Shown here: one piece after another, positions 34,415-48,380 of the stretch | Layout: each line of letters begins with the position of its first letter | Numbering within the stretch: the stretch's first letter is position 1 | DNA from: Chrysemys picta bellii | Taxonomy: Eukaryota | Direction of reading: 5' to 3' | NCBI RefSeq assembly: GCF_011386835.1 | Contig: NC_088792.1 | Coordinates: forward strand, 57,722,001-57,786,000 | DNA length: 64,000 nt | Translations under genes and position numbers: made by a program | Notes under the pieces: generated by a model | The model's database searches: none | Told to the model about the DNA's origin: nothing | The model's input: the letters and a program-made list of their open reading frames with translations, nothing else

Positions 34415-35459
34415 TTATCAGGCATCTGCCCTGTCAGATATCTTCTGTGCTCCTACCTATATATCCTACAGTCTCATGCGCAACCAATAAGTACGGGCCT
34501 AGGAGCACAGAAGATAAATATCTATATTTTTGGCATATAGCTAACATGATTGTGATCAGTCAGGAGCTGGAAATACTTGTTGCCCTGATTCACCTTTTGG
34601 CTTCTCCTTATCTCCATCCACCCACTTGGTCCACTTTCATGGCACAAGCACAATTCTATTCCTCTATAAAACTTCTGATCTTTTAGCGCCTTTCATCTGA
34701 GGCTCTTGAAGCACTTTGGAACTATTGAATTACGTCAGCGTCTCCCCGCCTCGGCAGGGTAAATACAGTTTTCTCAGTATTACAGATGGGGAAACTGAGG
34801 CAAGGAGGCTACATGACTTGCCAATGGCACAAAAGTTCATGGGAGAGCCAGGAGCAGAACCCATATTTCTTGACCCCGAATCCCATTCTCTAGCCACAAG
34901 CTTCTGACACTGCTGTGCTTTCAATGGGCTTTAAAAGCTCTTGCTTGGGTACAGCTTTGGCAGTCTGTGTGCTGATTCCAACAGGACAGAGAAATGTCAG
35001 TCAGATATAGAGAAACCTGTCAAAAGGATGTCACTGTCATAATGGAGGGTTTGGACACTGGAGGGAGTTGACTTGACTGTTACAGAGAGCCATGCTAGGT
35101 GCCTTAAGTTTCTAAACCCAGTCACTGCTCATGAGGTGGAACTCTCTAACCTGCATATATGCAGCGTTCAGGTCAGTGTGAGTTTGAAAATGGAGCTCAT
35201 ACAAGCAGAGCCAGCCTTCCATCACAGCTTGTCAGCTGGACTTATCTAAATATCAAACAATGACTAGTATAGGTGCAGCAGCAATTACCTGCCAGATATC
35301 AAATCCTTACACTGAACATGTACTTGTGCTAACTGCCCTGTCGAGCTTGGGTTTTTAACCATTAATGCTGGATAGTATACATATAAGGTGAAGTGGAGGG
35401 GGAGGTATTTTACAGCCTTTCCACCCCACCCCCGCCCTAAAGGATTAGTTTCTGAAGTA

Positions 35460-35506
35460 ATAAATTTGTTAGTCTCTAAGGTGCCACAAGTACTCCTGTT
35501 CTTCTT
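35460..35506. mobile_element. Short Penelope-like fragment
   Basis: TTTGTTAGTCTCTAAGGTGCCACAAGTACTCC motif between 12-bp direct repeats GTTTCTGAAGTA. Confidence 0.75.
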
Positions 35507-36126
35507 GTTTCTGAAGTAGCAGCTAACTAGAAATGTACTATACGTATGCAAATGCTGCACCTATCCAGTTCTAAAATCAGAACACATGTGAATAAGTTAT
35601 ATGGGAACTAAGCCATAACTAGGCTGTAAATAAGTCGGAATAAGGCACACATAGAGGGTAGTCTGTTAGGAAGAGGCGAGTTTTTTGAAAGTTACCAGAC
35701 AATAGAACTGCTATACATTGTCTGAGTAACCATTTAAGGAAGGTTTAAATGACTATGGACCCATCTAAGGAATTCCTTGTGAAATGCTACCTTAAAAAGT
35801 GACCTTTGGATTGAATTTTGTCATTTTTTAATATAGTGAGAGAATAGTATAACCTAATATTTATATAGAGCTTCACCTGTTCAAAATCCTGTCCAGACAT
35901 TAGCTGATTAAGATTCACAAAACCTCTAATGCAGTTGGAGATGGGTAAGTGGTGCTATCCCCATTTTACAGTTAGGGAAAGTGAGGCAGAAAAGTGAAGT
36001 GACTTGCCGCAGGCCATGCAGTGAGGCAATGACACCGCTAAAATGAGAGCTCAGGATTTCTCAACTCCCATCTTGGCTCATTCTGAAGTCCCTTGGCTCC
36101 TTGGTTAGGCTGTTTACAGTTCTACA

Positions 36127-36225
36127 GTCATAGAGTTTAAAGCCGGAAGGGACCATTATGATCATCCCATTTGATCTCCTGCATAACACAGACCAAAGAC
36201 TCTTTCCCAGTAATTTCTGCATTAA
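36127..36225 (-). mobile_element. CR1 3' tail fragment
   Basis: TCATAGAGTTTAAAGCCGGAAGGGACC is the reverse complement of the tail at about 28655-28683. Confidence 0.75.
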
Positions 36226-37003
36226 GCCCATGCCATTCAATTGCCATGCTGTGCACAGTTGGGTTGTGTAACTTTTATTCTTGCGCTGTTTTACTCAGTT
36301 AATTCACATTATAAAGTCAGGGTACCAAACAACTTCTGGAACCCCTCTCCCCAACCCCCACAAAACCTGATGATTTCTCTCTGATGTGTGCTGTTTTGTC
36401 ATATGCTATTGCTTATCTTCTTAATGCCAAATATATGATCCCTCTGTCACCTTCAGTTGTGGCTGTTAGATATCTGAACATCTACTGTTGCAAGGAAGAG
36501 AGATCACATTTGATTAAAATGATACCAGAAGTCTCTTCTTCTGTTTTTGCATATTAAAGCACTCCACCCTTCTATTTTCCGTGCACAATTGAAAAATTCA
36601 TATCCAATGCCTCCTTTTACTCTTACTCTTATAGGCTATCATCGAGATTAGGTTCTTTATAAACACCTGACTAGATAGTGTAAACCATGGAAATGAACAG
36701 GGTGTGTAGTCCAGTAGCACTACACTAATATAAAGAGAAATTACATTTTTAAAACCGTTTTTAATTTTAGCTTCTATGATTTTGAATATCTTTCAAACTT
36801 GAACATTTCTTATCTCACAAGTGATGTGGTTTTCAACTTGCCAAACTGATTTTTATTTCTTCCTGTTTCTTAATGGATTTTGTTGAAGCCATAGCTGAGG
36901 GCTCATTTCTTAAGTACTTTAACTTAAAAAGAAAGAAGTAGGGGAGAAGGTGTGGTTAATTTGTTTCTAAAGAAGATCAGTGATTTCATTACTTAAGTGG
37001 ATA

Positions 37004-37017
37004 GCGCCATCTGCTGG
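37004..37017 (-). promoter_or_regulatory. CTCF core motif
   Basis: CCAGCAGATGGCGC matches CCASYAGRKGGCRS at 14/14; CpG retained. Confidence 0.6.
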
Positions 37018-39255
37018 TACAATAGAGCCATGCAAACAATGAGAAGCGATGAGAAACTCAATGGAGTCTGGCTAAAAACTGACTGCATTTCTTTAACAGC
37101 TGAAAAACAACTGCTTGACCCGTTGTTTTGTAAATAGGTCATAATGAGCTTCCTTGATGATGATTAAAATGAATCAGGTTTATGAAGGGAAAAGAAAATG
37201 TATTACAATAATTGATGAAGGGAATGATCAATTCATGGTTCCACTGATTCGTAACTCCCATGTGAAGCTTTTTCTTCCGCTTCTCAGTTCTGAGTTGTCC
37301 CAGAAAGATAATGTCATTGAGGACAATGTATGCCATTGCTCATTTTAGCATGGGAGTGAAATCCTGGTCCCATTGAAGTTAATGGGAGTTTTGCCATTGA
37401 CATCAACGGGGCCAAAATTTTACCCTGGATTTTCAAAAACTCCTAATGGAGTTATGCACCCAACTCCCATTGAGTTTCAATGGTATTTGAGTTCCCAATT
37501 TGCTATGTATCACTTAGCCCTATTACATTGTGAACTCTACTGTAATCCTAGTAAGAATGCTCAGGTACGGCAGTGTACACCTAACATACAATACTTACCA
37601 ATCTTAATCAACCTTGGGCTGGCTGACTGCCCCAAGAAGACTAGGGAAGGAGCAGAATAGAATTAGGGGCTTTGATTACAAATTGTCCAAATTAAATGGG
37701 CTGTGTAAGTAGAGAGGCTGCTTGCACCCCTTGTGCCCTGCTCACAGCCTTTTGCACTTAAGGGCCAGTTACAGATAAGTGAATTTCCCACTTCAGCAGC
37801 TCATTGGCCCAGATGTAAGACATGTCTGAAAGTATTCTCAGAGAGAAAGTAGTGATAATAGAAAACGGCATGTATAAAGAGGGTATTGTTCTAAACCCTG
37901 CCCAGCAAACCATGCTGCATGGTCTTTTAACACCTAAGAAAGCGCTAAAAACAACCCCCAAGCCAAATTATCCCTCTCATCCACCTGCTGGAAAAAACTT
38001 GTAGAACTATACAGGAAATACCTTTGTTTAATTTACTGAGTCAGTAAGTAACACAGACTGTAGTGTTAATTTGTAACATACACCTGTTATAGTGCTCTTA
38101 AAAATTTAGAAGGGCGATCTCTTGAGAATTAGGTTTGCACAAGCAGTTATGTGAATAGTTTTACAATGTGTTTAAAGTACAAGTACTGACATTATGTTTT
38201 ATTTGTTTTTCCTATTCTTTTACTGTAGAAGGTTGAAATCTAAACTCAAATGATTAGTGGTCTTGTAAGAAATCAGAGGTTTTGGTCTTATTTACAAAGA
38301 CTGAAGTCAAATGTCTTTGGGCTTTCAATCTGTGTAAAGTTAAACTGAGTGCAGTTTTAGTTTCTGAATCTGGTTTTTGTATATTTAGTTTTCAGTTTAA
38401 ATCAAGCTAGAGACATTCTTAACATAATGGAGTAAGTGGAAAGTTTCAGGAGTATCACTTTTCAAAGGCTTTAGAAAAAAGAAGGCATAAATATGATCCT
38501 CAAAAATAAATAACAAATACCAAAAAATGATCTTGTTACTGTGACTGTTTATACAACATTAGAGAAGACCAGACTTACTTTTGGTGGTTACTAAACTTCT
38601 TTGGTGAAAGCCACAGAAATGAACGTTTGTGAAATCGTTTAATCACTGCTAAATAACATCTACTAAAGCTCTTATTAGTAGATATCACAATGTGGTGTAT
38701 TAGTCTTCCATGGAAAAGGGTCTATTTCCTCTTGTACCATTCAGATGTGAATATAACCAAAAGTGTTCTGTTTCCACTTGACATCCTGTGAGTCCAATCT
38801 CTGAATGTTCTTTTCCTGCTGTTGTACTTCCTCAACTCATTGCTAGAAGACCATCATAAATACTAGAGAACACATTGACCAGGAGCTATAACCTGAAAAT
38901 TGGATATGGGCTAAGGAGGATTTGGGGGATGGTGAATGAGGGTCCATCAGACTATGGGGGTGAAAACTGGAAGCAGAATATTTCCCTGTACACGTCACTA
39001 TTCTTCAAAATGCACAGCACGACTTGCATCTCTATCGTAGCTTCCAAAGGCCAATCCACTTTGAGCTATGGAACTGAAGATGCTAAACTACTAACACAAT
39101 CATATTAACTTGTACACTAATAATTTTATAGCCAAGTATTTTAGAGTTACATGTGAATAATTAACTGATAACAGATATTTCATTTCCATCTCTTTCTTCT
39201 GTAATCTTTAAACACTTGCACATTGATAGCTTCTCACTGAAATGATGATACTGTA

Positions 39256-39790
39256 ATTCTGCATTTTTCTATATTGCTTTTCATCCCCAAAGGTCTGGCA
39301 AGTTGATATAGACAAACTATACACAAGGACTACTTTGCTTTGTCAGTGAAATGCATCTGCATCTGTGGGGAAACGCATCAGTGGCTGAACAGCATCAAGC
39401 CGCACTACACAACATTTTGGGACAGCAAATAAGTGAAGATGAATATTATATTCCATTGAAACCACTGTAGAGTACTACAGTGATTGGTAGCTGACCATCC
39501 AAGTAGCAATTCAGTAAAAGCACAAAGATTAACACCTCTCTCCTTACAATATGTGCTGTATTGACCACAAGTGGATAGGAAGGTCCTGGCTTTGTCTTAT
39601 CTGAAAGATGGCACCTTGAACAGGACAGTGTCTCCCACCACCATGGCTGAGTATTGTCTGAGAGCTGATTCTACAATTTGGCAGGCAGCACTCACCATTC
39701 AAATCCTACTTTGTGCTTCACCCAGAAAGGAAGTCTGTCACCTAGATAACAAATCAGGTCAATCATGCTTAGATTGTGGGAGGTGAGGAG
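39256..39790 (-). mobile_element. Near-full-length AmnSINE1 (5S-derived Deu-SINE)
   Basis: The minus strand gives GGTGCCATCTTTCAGATAAGAC, GGTGTTAA, GTTTCAATGGA, TGTTGTGTAGTG, GCGTTTCCCCACAGA, TGCATTTCA and GGGGATGAAAAGCAATATA in the order of the AmnSINE1 consensus as recalled. Confidence 0.75.
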
Positions 39791-41233
39791 CTCAGAGCCC
39801 AGCTGGAGTAGAAGCAGTAATTCAAAACTGCTCTCTCAAAATCTCTATATACTTCTACATAGGGATTAAAAAGATTTTAATAACTCCCAACATACATATG
39901 CATTTTAAAAGGTATTTGAAACACCTCCTTAGTTAGATAACTAGTCTACAGAGCACAATGCCCAGACAGATTATACACTGAACTGGATGAGAATACATCC
40001 TAAAACATTTATGGCCTGATTTCTTCAGAGATGATGAGCACTCAGTGCCCACTGCTGGCAGTGGCAACAGCAGGTGTGTATCATCTCTTGACATTGGGCC
40101 ATTAATAACATTGTAATCAGGAAAAATGTATTTTAAAACAACACAGCGGAGGATCAGATTTCAGAACAACCCAAGAATACTGCACACTAACTTGCAGGGT
40201 TTTTCCATCAGTGAAAGTGTCTACTTGCCTTAGGGGTCTGAATGACAACCAGAAAATCTCTGATTCATCTCAATAAAGTAGTTGAATGAAAACTAGATAT
40301 CATATGCTTCGCCCTCTCCCCGCCTCTCCCCAAGGGCCCATTCACCATTGTGGAAACTCCACTTCTGGCATTACAAGATGATTCACAACAGATGTGCACT
40401 TTAAAAAAAAAAAGTGCTCTAGGTGATGCTAGAATGATTAAAATACAAGTTTTGCTAGTTCTGAGCCACAGTGGTTTTGTTCCTACTGAATAACTGTTCT
40501 TTGTTGGGTTTGTGTTCTGGTTACTTTCCACAACAATTATTTACAGTAAACCTAACTTCATAACTGGCAGAACACTTATTGAATTACTCTTCTCAGTGGT
40601 TTATATTGGCTGTAAACTTTACTCTGTTTCCCAGCCTAATGCCTAAGCTCCCCTGGCTCACATCTTAGCCTTCATCTTGTTCCAATAGCGTTGTCTCCTA
40701 CCCTCTCCAGTTTGTCTGCTCACACTGACTCCTCCATCTTTGAACTATCCTGCAGTGTAGTCCTGGCAAACCTTGCTTCCTTAATCTTTCTGCCAGGATT
40801 ATTTTCTCTTTCTCAGCTGCTCTGAAGTTCTGAGGTTCCCTGACTCACTGCCGTCTTTCCATCTGCTTCCCTTTGCCCAATAAGATTATTTCCCACTCAC
40901 GCTAGGCCTCCCAAAGCTTCCAGCTCCTTTTACAGATACTTGGGATGGATGAATATAAGGAAAAAATGGAACATATCACTGAAAATGTGTGTTGATGGAT
41001 AGGATCAGATCATCCATGGATATGGTTGACTAACTTCTTTAGCATAAAAAAGACATGTTGCCAGATACTGTATTTAATATTTCTATAATATGCTAATAAC
41101 ATTGAGCAGTACTAAGGAGTAGCGTGGGGCAGTACTGCTCCAGGGGGAGCACTAGGAGGCATTCTGCCCATCTCCCAGGGGCTCCCTGGTGTGCATGAGA
41201 ACACACACACTGCTACGCTGGAAGGACAGCAGC

Positions 41234-42430
41234 TGTGATGCAGTGGGGTTCACCCAGACCAGTAAAGGGTTCGGTCATCACCTGTGTTCCAACTCTGGGT
41301 GCTCACAGCCCTGACTCTAACAGCCAGCATACAAGCATGCAGGTCTCAACCTGGCTTTCACCACAACGAGTAACATCTTTCTGCAGTGTCCACTCCCTCT
41401 CACTTGAATGCTCACGCAACTGTATTAAGTTCTCTGCTCCTTTGAAAGAGATGGTACACAACAGGCTTACTGAGTTGACAAACCCACCACTTCAATCAAA
41501 GCACTGAGTTGGTTTATTGTAAAAGTAAAATAACTTTATTAAGAAATGGACATAGGTGTAAGTGATATCAAGTATAAGGAATAGGGATAGAAATTGTTAC
41601 AAACAAACCAAAAGTAAAAAAATACACATCTAAAACTCAACCTAACAAATAGTCTTTCATTCCAAGAAGTTTTTCTCACACAGTAATTCTTCCAGCATGG
41701 CCGGCCTGTCCTTTAGCAAGGACCAAACACACTGGAGTCCTCAGGTAAAGGATAACTTAGGGGTTCTCTCCTCTTCTTTTTATAGTCCAGTAAATTTTGA
41801 AAAGTGTTCTTTGAAAAGTAAGCCCAGATAGAACTTCTCTCTCTCCTGCTAGGATATAGATGCCATGCTATCTTTTTCCCTCACTTATTAGCTTAAGTGC
41901 TTTGTCTACCTTACATGTAAACTTACTTCCATTGTCTCTGCCTGATGGCTAGGGTGGTCAGATAAGCAAATACGCATTCCTTTGTCTAGGAAGGACTGGG
42001 CTTATGCATTTGCTTGCCAAGCACATATATATAACTTTTTACACACACCCCTACATCAATTGTGGGCAACCTGCAGCCCGCAGGCTGCACGTGGCCTGAC
42101 AGGGTAATCCACTGGCGGGCCATCAGACCGTTTGTTTACATTTGCACGGCCACCCACAGCTCCCATTGGCCGGAAACCTTTGTATGGCCACTGGGAGCTG
42201 TGGGCGACCATGCACATGTAAACAAATGGTTTGGCGGCCCGCCAGCGGGTTACCTTGACAGGCCACGTGCGTATGTATTTTGGGGACCTGCGTGTTAACA
42301 GTTTGTATATAATACCTTACATGACACCTTTTAGATACAGATTATGCCAACAGTGTGTGAGGTATAGTGAGTGTGCCAGGCCTGACAAGAGTTACTGACA
42401 CAGAGTAGTGAACCACCAATGGGCTCCTGT
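41234..42430. mobile_element. LTR-like element with a truncated hAT MITE inside (about 42057-42268)
   Basis: TGTGATG start; the inner piece begins CAATTGTGGGCAACCTGCAGCC (hAT-type end) and resembles the hAT-like segment at about 20685-20830. No TSD found; right boundary approximate. Confidence 0.5.
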
Positions 42431-45400
42431 CATCCCATGGCAAACCAGCTCTGGTGGCTGGTCAGAGGGTGAATGGGTGGTGCTACAATTCCACCTGCTT
42501 CCTTTGGCCCATTATGCTTTCTGGAGGGAGCAGTTTGGAAGCAGCCCTTGTATTCTCTAAGTCCAGTAGCTTTTTTTATTTCCCCTTGCATTGAGCTGCT
42601 ATGTAATGGTGAGCCACAATCTAGTCCACTGGAATAAGACTACAAAACCTAGAAGCATTGATCATATTGAATCTGTTCTAATGCAATGATACAATAAGTT
42701 TGTATAAATCAGAGAATCAAATGCAGTAAGGTGATCATTAAACTCCTTTCTTTGGGGTATATGTTGTCTGTACCCAATTCCATATATTTCCAGTTTAAAA
42801 GTGAATGACTACCTTTTTCACAAGGGTGTTTGTGGGTATTGCCTAAGGTTTATCCGGCAGCCATCCTGCATGTGGAATGTCTGCAGGATTGGGCCAAATA
42901 TATGAGTAGTCTGAATAGATTACAAATGGTTTTAACTGTGAACCTATCAATGTTGGGTGAAGGTTCTAGTATGTCATCCAAGTAGTGTGTTGTTTCTTCA
43001 CAAGCTATTTATCGCTTTAGTAGGACTCTTGTAGGAGGCAGAAAATAACACCGTCTTGTGGTATTATTTGCATTTCTAGATGGTGGAAATATTGAGTGAA
43101 TAACAGAATTTGTGGTGTTTCTACTCCATATCTGACTTATTGAGGCAACAAAAGTCTATAGAAAAACAAAGGCAAGCATCAATATATTTGGGAGTTTGGC
43201 GGGCTGGCGTTCCTGTTGAGCAAATATGGAATTTCAATATTTATATCTTTACAAACCCTCAAAGAATACTGATGTGGTCCATGAGATAAGGACTTGATAG
43301 ATACAGTTCCTCTAGTTGGCAGTGTTGCATTGTTAATAGTTAAAAGATCGATGTTCTTGTTTCAGCTTCTTTGGAACCTCCTAATGTGTTCAGGACAAAA
43401 ACTTTAAACAAAAAACAACTACATGTAAATATTCACAATGCTAAGGGAAAATGTTAAAAATGCATTTAAATAATAATGATTTTAGGGGGTTTTTTGTCTT
43501 CATTTTTTTTGTGCACACAGTAATTTGAGGCAGGACAGGAGCAGAAACTCAGACCAGATTTTAGGGAAGAGAGCCAGGAAATTCAGCATGTGTTTGGAAG
43601 AGACTGAGAGCTCAGAAATATTCAATGAAACTTTCTGACTGCCACAAGAAATGAAAAGCAGCTGCATTCCCCTACGGTCAAAGTGTCCTATTAAAGACTT
43701 CACAAGCAAGATTGGTCTCCAGAAACAGATTGGAATACTTTGCTGCAGCTGTGAAAGTGAGTCAACCAGGCATCTGTTGAAAGAGATGGCTGTTGCTGCA
43801 GTATTTTTATGATGATTTTCTGCAGTGACATCACTCTCTGCTTTAAAATGTAATACTATATAAATAAAAAACACTGTAAAGGGGAAGTATTTGGGTCTTG
43901 AGTACAGGCATTCCTTTACCTATTATTATAACTAAGGGTCCATCCTAGGGCTTAACTCCCATGAGGCATTGACTCAGGAGGACATGAGAACTCAGTATGA
44001 CTTAGCATTGGGCTCCCTTTTAGCCCACTATTCTTCAACCAAACCTTCTTAAGGCTTGATCCTGCAAGCTGCTGAGAACATATTTACCTTTAAGCACCCC
44101 CACTGATGTCAATAAGACAATTCATGTGCTTAAAGTGTGCTGGGTTAGGGTCAGATGGTGCCGGATCAAATGCTTAGTAAGCAGTTATGAACGCAGCACT
44201 CATGCTATGAGCTGAAGCTGCCTTTTCTGTCCCTGTTGGTGTCTGGCTGTTAGGAAGATGTTCTTAATGAGCACCCCTCATCAATCTAAAAAACCAGGGA
44301 GCTTCATTAAGGTCTAGATTCCAGCTCTGATTGTTGAATTATGGAGGGAATTCAAAATACGATAACTTCAGTGTGATACAGCCTTGAGGTCACTGCATGG
44401 GCCTTGTTTCTGATATACAAAAATTAGAGTAAGTTTGAATTCATTCTGTACAATTCCATGAAGTAATCATTCATCATCAATCAGTTATGATATCATAAAG
44501 CATTTTTAACTCAAGCAGAGAAGGAGAAAATATCAATGAATTTCGACTCTCTCTTCATAAAGAGCCTGTTTTCACACAGTTATTCTCTGTAATGTAGACT
44601 AAATGAAATTCAGAAAGCAATCTAGAAGAAAATGTTTCAAAACAGATTTTTTTTCCCCAAAGGTTTTTGAGGAGTCATGGTCTCTCTAATTATATGTCAT
44701 GTGTCAGAAGCAAAACAAAGATATTAGTGTCTAAGTGAAGACAACACCACACTAAATGTAGGTCAGCAAGAGAACACTTTAAAGATGGGAATATCCAGGA
44801 AGGTGGACACATCCACTGGCATGAATTTATTCTTGTGGTCTTCAACATTCTGTGAAACAGGAAGATCAGACTCCAGCATCTATTGCCTAAAACCTCACCT
44901 CTATAGTTACTTTCTATTCCTACCCTAGATTCAGTGTAATGTTTTCTGCTTTTTTTATACTGAAAGCCAACATGCCTGACATAGAACCAGTTTTAATTCT
45001 GGAGTGGCTTCTATCTGGCTACAACATTTAAAAAAAAATTAAGTCAAGGACTAATAAGAGGCAGATAATGACATAACCCAATGCTCAGCATTACAGGTGA
45101 GGCCTGGGGTCAGCCTGGGATGCACAAAGATGATCCATCATCTATTGCACTGGAATCACTTGGACTTTCCTATTTCATTTCTAAATTACCTCCACAAATT
45201 GGGTGCTGTCTCAATACAGATGTTAGTAGTAACTTACGGCCTCAAAAACACAGGAGGAAGCTCTCTTTTTGAGCTTAAATGGGCTGAGGTGATTTGAATA
45301 AGAGCATTGTAGATCAGCATTAGCAGGAAGAGTGCTCTATAGTCAGCGAGGCTGGGCCTCCAAATTTAATTAGCCAGGATGTGGTTATCTCATGCGCAAC

Positions 45401-46889
45401 TGCCCCACAAGTTGTCATATAAATACATATAATTTTGTAAGTGGTCTGAATATGTGAAAAACACAGAGAAACTAGATGCTTTTGGCACCTACGCTACAAT
45501 ACCCTGATACTATAATAATATTGGTCAATGAAGGGTTTCAACTTTTTTTTAAAGGTTAACTCACTGACTCTCTCTATCCTATATAGTCTTAGACTAAAGA
45601 ATATGCTTCATTGCTTTACATTCCTATTGCATTTGAACAGAACATTTTCAGATTGTTCAAGCACTGTGAGATGACATCTTTATTATTTAATCTGTCTCTG
45701 CGTCTCTTGGCAGCACAACACACAAAAGCCTCTTCCAATTAATTGCCATCTCTCTGTTTAGTAAAATATCAGCACGTTAATAATGCCACATTTCTGGTTT
45801 TGAACACGATTCCAGGAAATACATCACAGATGTTTCTGTCAGAGAAGTGATGCTTTGGGAATGGCGGGATAACAACAGGGGATATGATTTAGAGTGTTAT
45901 CCCATCGTATTACTGCTGATCGTCAAAGCTTTGACACCGGAGTACCAAGAAGAGAGCTCAGACTTGGCAGGAGAGGTAGAATAAGCACAAAAGTGAATAG
46001 GTGAACAAGGGTTATAATATTCTCAAATGCAAACCCATTTCTCTTGGACTGGATACAGAACAATGTCTGAATTTTCTCATGTGTTGGGGACAGTTTACTC
46101 AAAGCTCCATATATTTCAACATATGGTTAAATACCATAACCACATTACTGATACATAGATTAATCTTACTAAACCCTTAAATCTATGACACTGGTTAGAA
46201 ATGACCAACAGGATACACCTGCTCTGGTAATTGTTGTTTCACGACCCTAATTGTAATAGCTTCCAGATAGCACAAGAAGCATGCACTCGGCTCTTCATAA
46301 ATGGTTTTCCAGAATAGGGGAGCAAGTGAAACACCTCAGAAAAAGACATTTATAGATTCAGGCTGAAAACTTGGCTGCTGTTCATTTATTATGATGAATA
46401 TTCAGTTGTGGTAGAGAAACCAGAATGTTTCTTCTTCCTTTCCCTGATGTTATGAAGGCTGCATCACTGTTTTATACAAATCTAGCTCTCTGCAATTGTA
46501 ATGCATATTGCTCAAACAGTTGTATCCTCCCCCCGCTCCTTTTTTTTTTGACACTTATGCTGCCTTAGAAAGAACTATTCTGTAGTTAGGGTATGGGCCT
46601 ACTGGCTGAGACAGCTGGGTTCTGCCACAAATTTCTACATTGGGCTTGGGCAAATTATTGAACCTCCTCTGTTTCTACCAAAGGAATGATTGCCATTTTG
46701 CAATCTAATAGGGATAGCATGAGATCGTGAAAACTTTATAGAATTGCAAAGTATTACTGTCAAAACTGAAACAAATATGGATCATTTAAAAACATTTGTC
46801 TTCTATATTTATATCAGGTACCTCTCCTAACCTTAAATTACCAAGAATCTGAATCTATTTTCCAGACCTTTCCCTCACATAAATAAAAA

Positions 46890-46943
46890 GGGTGAAATCC
46901 TGGCAAACCCCCCACTGACATCAACAGAGCCAGGATTTCACCC
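46890..46943. repeat. Short palindromic repeat (one of many 50-100 bp hairpin remnants, e.g. 929-987 and about 37350-37425)
   Basis: Perfect 15-bp arms GGGTGAAATCCTGGC / GCCAGGATTTCACCC. Confidence 0.8.
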
Positions 46944-48033
46944 AAAATAGTCATCTTTTTAGCACATTATTATAACATGGGTAAGCAAAATAGAGCAAAG
47001 GCAATCAATTACAACTGCAATTTTGTCCTGGAAAGCGGTTCCCTTATTATGAGTCTTAGTGATGATACCAAGTCTGAGTATTTAAGTTCCAAAAGCCAGA
47101 GTCAATTTCTTGATTGCTTATCCACAAAGTTTCCTACTGATTCATGATCCCAAAACAAATAACCTTTGCTTCTGTTGGGCCTATATTACTGTTGGACATA
47201 ATGAAGTTGATTTGTAAATCCTCTCCTGTAATGCTTTTTCTATGGGACAGAAGCCTCTCTTATTATGACCTAGGTGAGGTTTCCAGGACTGGGAAAACAA
47301 AGTTTCTGTTTCCTTGACCTTTGTATAAAATGATTCCCCTTTTTCTAGGTTACCAATATTCCCCCCCTCACACACAAATACAGGCCTCCTAGATTTCATT
47401 TGGCTTCAAGCAGTTTCCATGTAATCTGGGTTTTACTAATACACTCACTTTATATCTTCAGAATGTAACTCTTCTTCTTAATTATTCCTACCTACTTAGT
47501 TCCAGTGGTTCAGGGCTCCATTTTATAAAGAAAACAGTTGAGGATCTTGCTCCCAGAAGCTAGAAAGAGTTTCAGTTATTGGTTAAGGTCTTCACAATCT
47601 CTAAGAACCTGTGCAGTAAATTATTATTTTTCATAGACATGTTTTCCACTAAAATATGATTCCACACTGAAAAATGACTGTACAAATAGCATTTTTTTAA
47701 TGCTTATGTGTATTCAGTTAGGTCACAGATGTTCTTCTCTTTTTATACTCTTCTTTGCACTAAAGGTCCAATAGAGCTATGGGAAAAGTGAGTGTGATTC
47801 TGGTCACATATGTGGTCTGGCAACAAATGTGCTTACTTTGGGCTTGTTTATACCGGTACATCCAGTAAATTAATCTGAATTAACTAAAGGTGTGAATTTG
47901 AAGTGGATTAGTTTAAACTGCATTAAACCCTGTTGTGAACATTCTTATTCAGAATTAAAGTGACCTTAATTCAGTTTAGTTTAATTCACTTTGGAATTGA
48001 ATTAAATTAACAAAATTAAGGCACTTTAATTCT

Positions 48034-48380
48034 GGGTATGTCTACACTGCACGAAAATAAAACACAACCCTTCCCTTCCCCCCCCCCCCCCCCGCCCACT
48101 ACAGTAGGCAGTCTCTGAGCCAGGGTTAACTGACTTGGGCTTGTGCTATGGGGCTAAAAATAGCAGTGTAGAGTTCCTGGTCAATCTGGAGCCTATGCTC
48201 TGAGACCCACCTCCCTTGCTGGGTTTCAGAGCCAGGGCTCTAGCCAGAATGGGAACATCTATACTGCTGTTTTTAGCCCTGTAGCGCAACCCCAAGTAAG
48301 TTGACCTGGGCTCTGAAACTAGCTGACACAGTCTCTCTCTTCCCCTTCTCCCTCCCTCCCCCCCCAGTGTAGACGTACAA
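48034..48380. mobile_element. PIF/Harbinger-like MITE nested in an AT-rich palindromic MITE (host about 47840-48489)
   Basis: TIR GGGTATGTCTACACTG / CAGTGTAGACGTACAA; 3-bp TCT duplication. Host arms AACTAAAGGTGTGAATTTGAAGTGGATT / AATCCATTTCAAATTCACACCTTTAGTT. Confidence 0.75.

Noticed and set aside
38229-38530. Strong plus-strand acceptor (TACTGAC branch point, pyrimidine tract) with an early stop and AATAAA at 38505
   Set aside because: No supported upstream exons; such sites are common in AT-rich DNA. It could be a lncRNA exon, but the sequence alone cannot show that.
45846-45920. Possible C/D box snoRNA (GTGATG...CTGA)
   Set aside because: Box C is non-canonical, there is no terminal stem or host intron, and I recognise no rRNA or snRNA complementarity.
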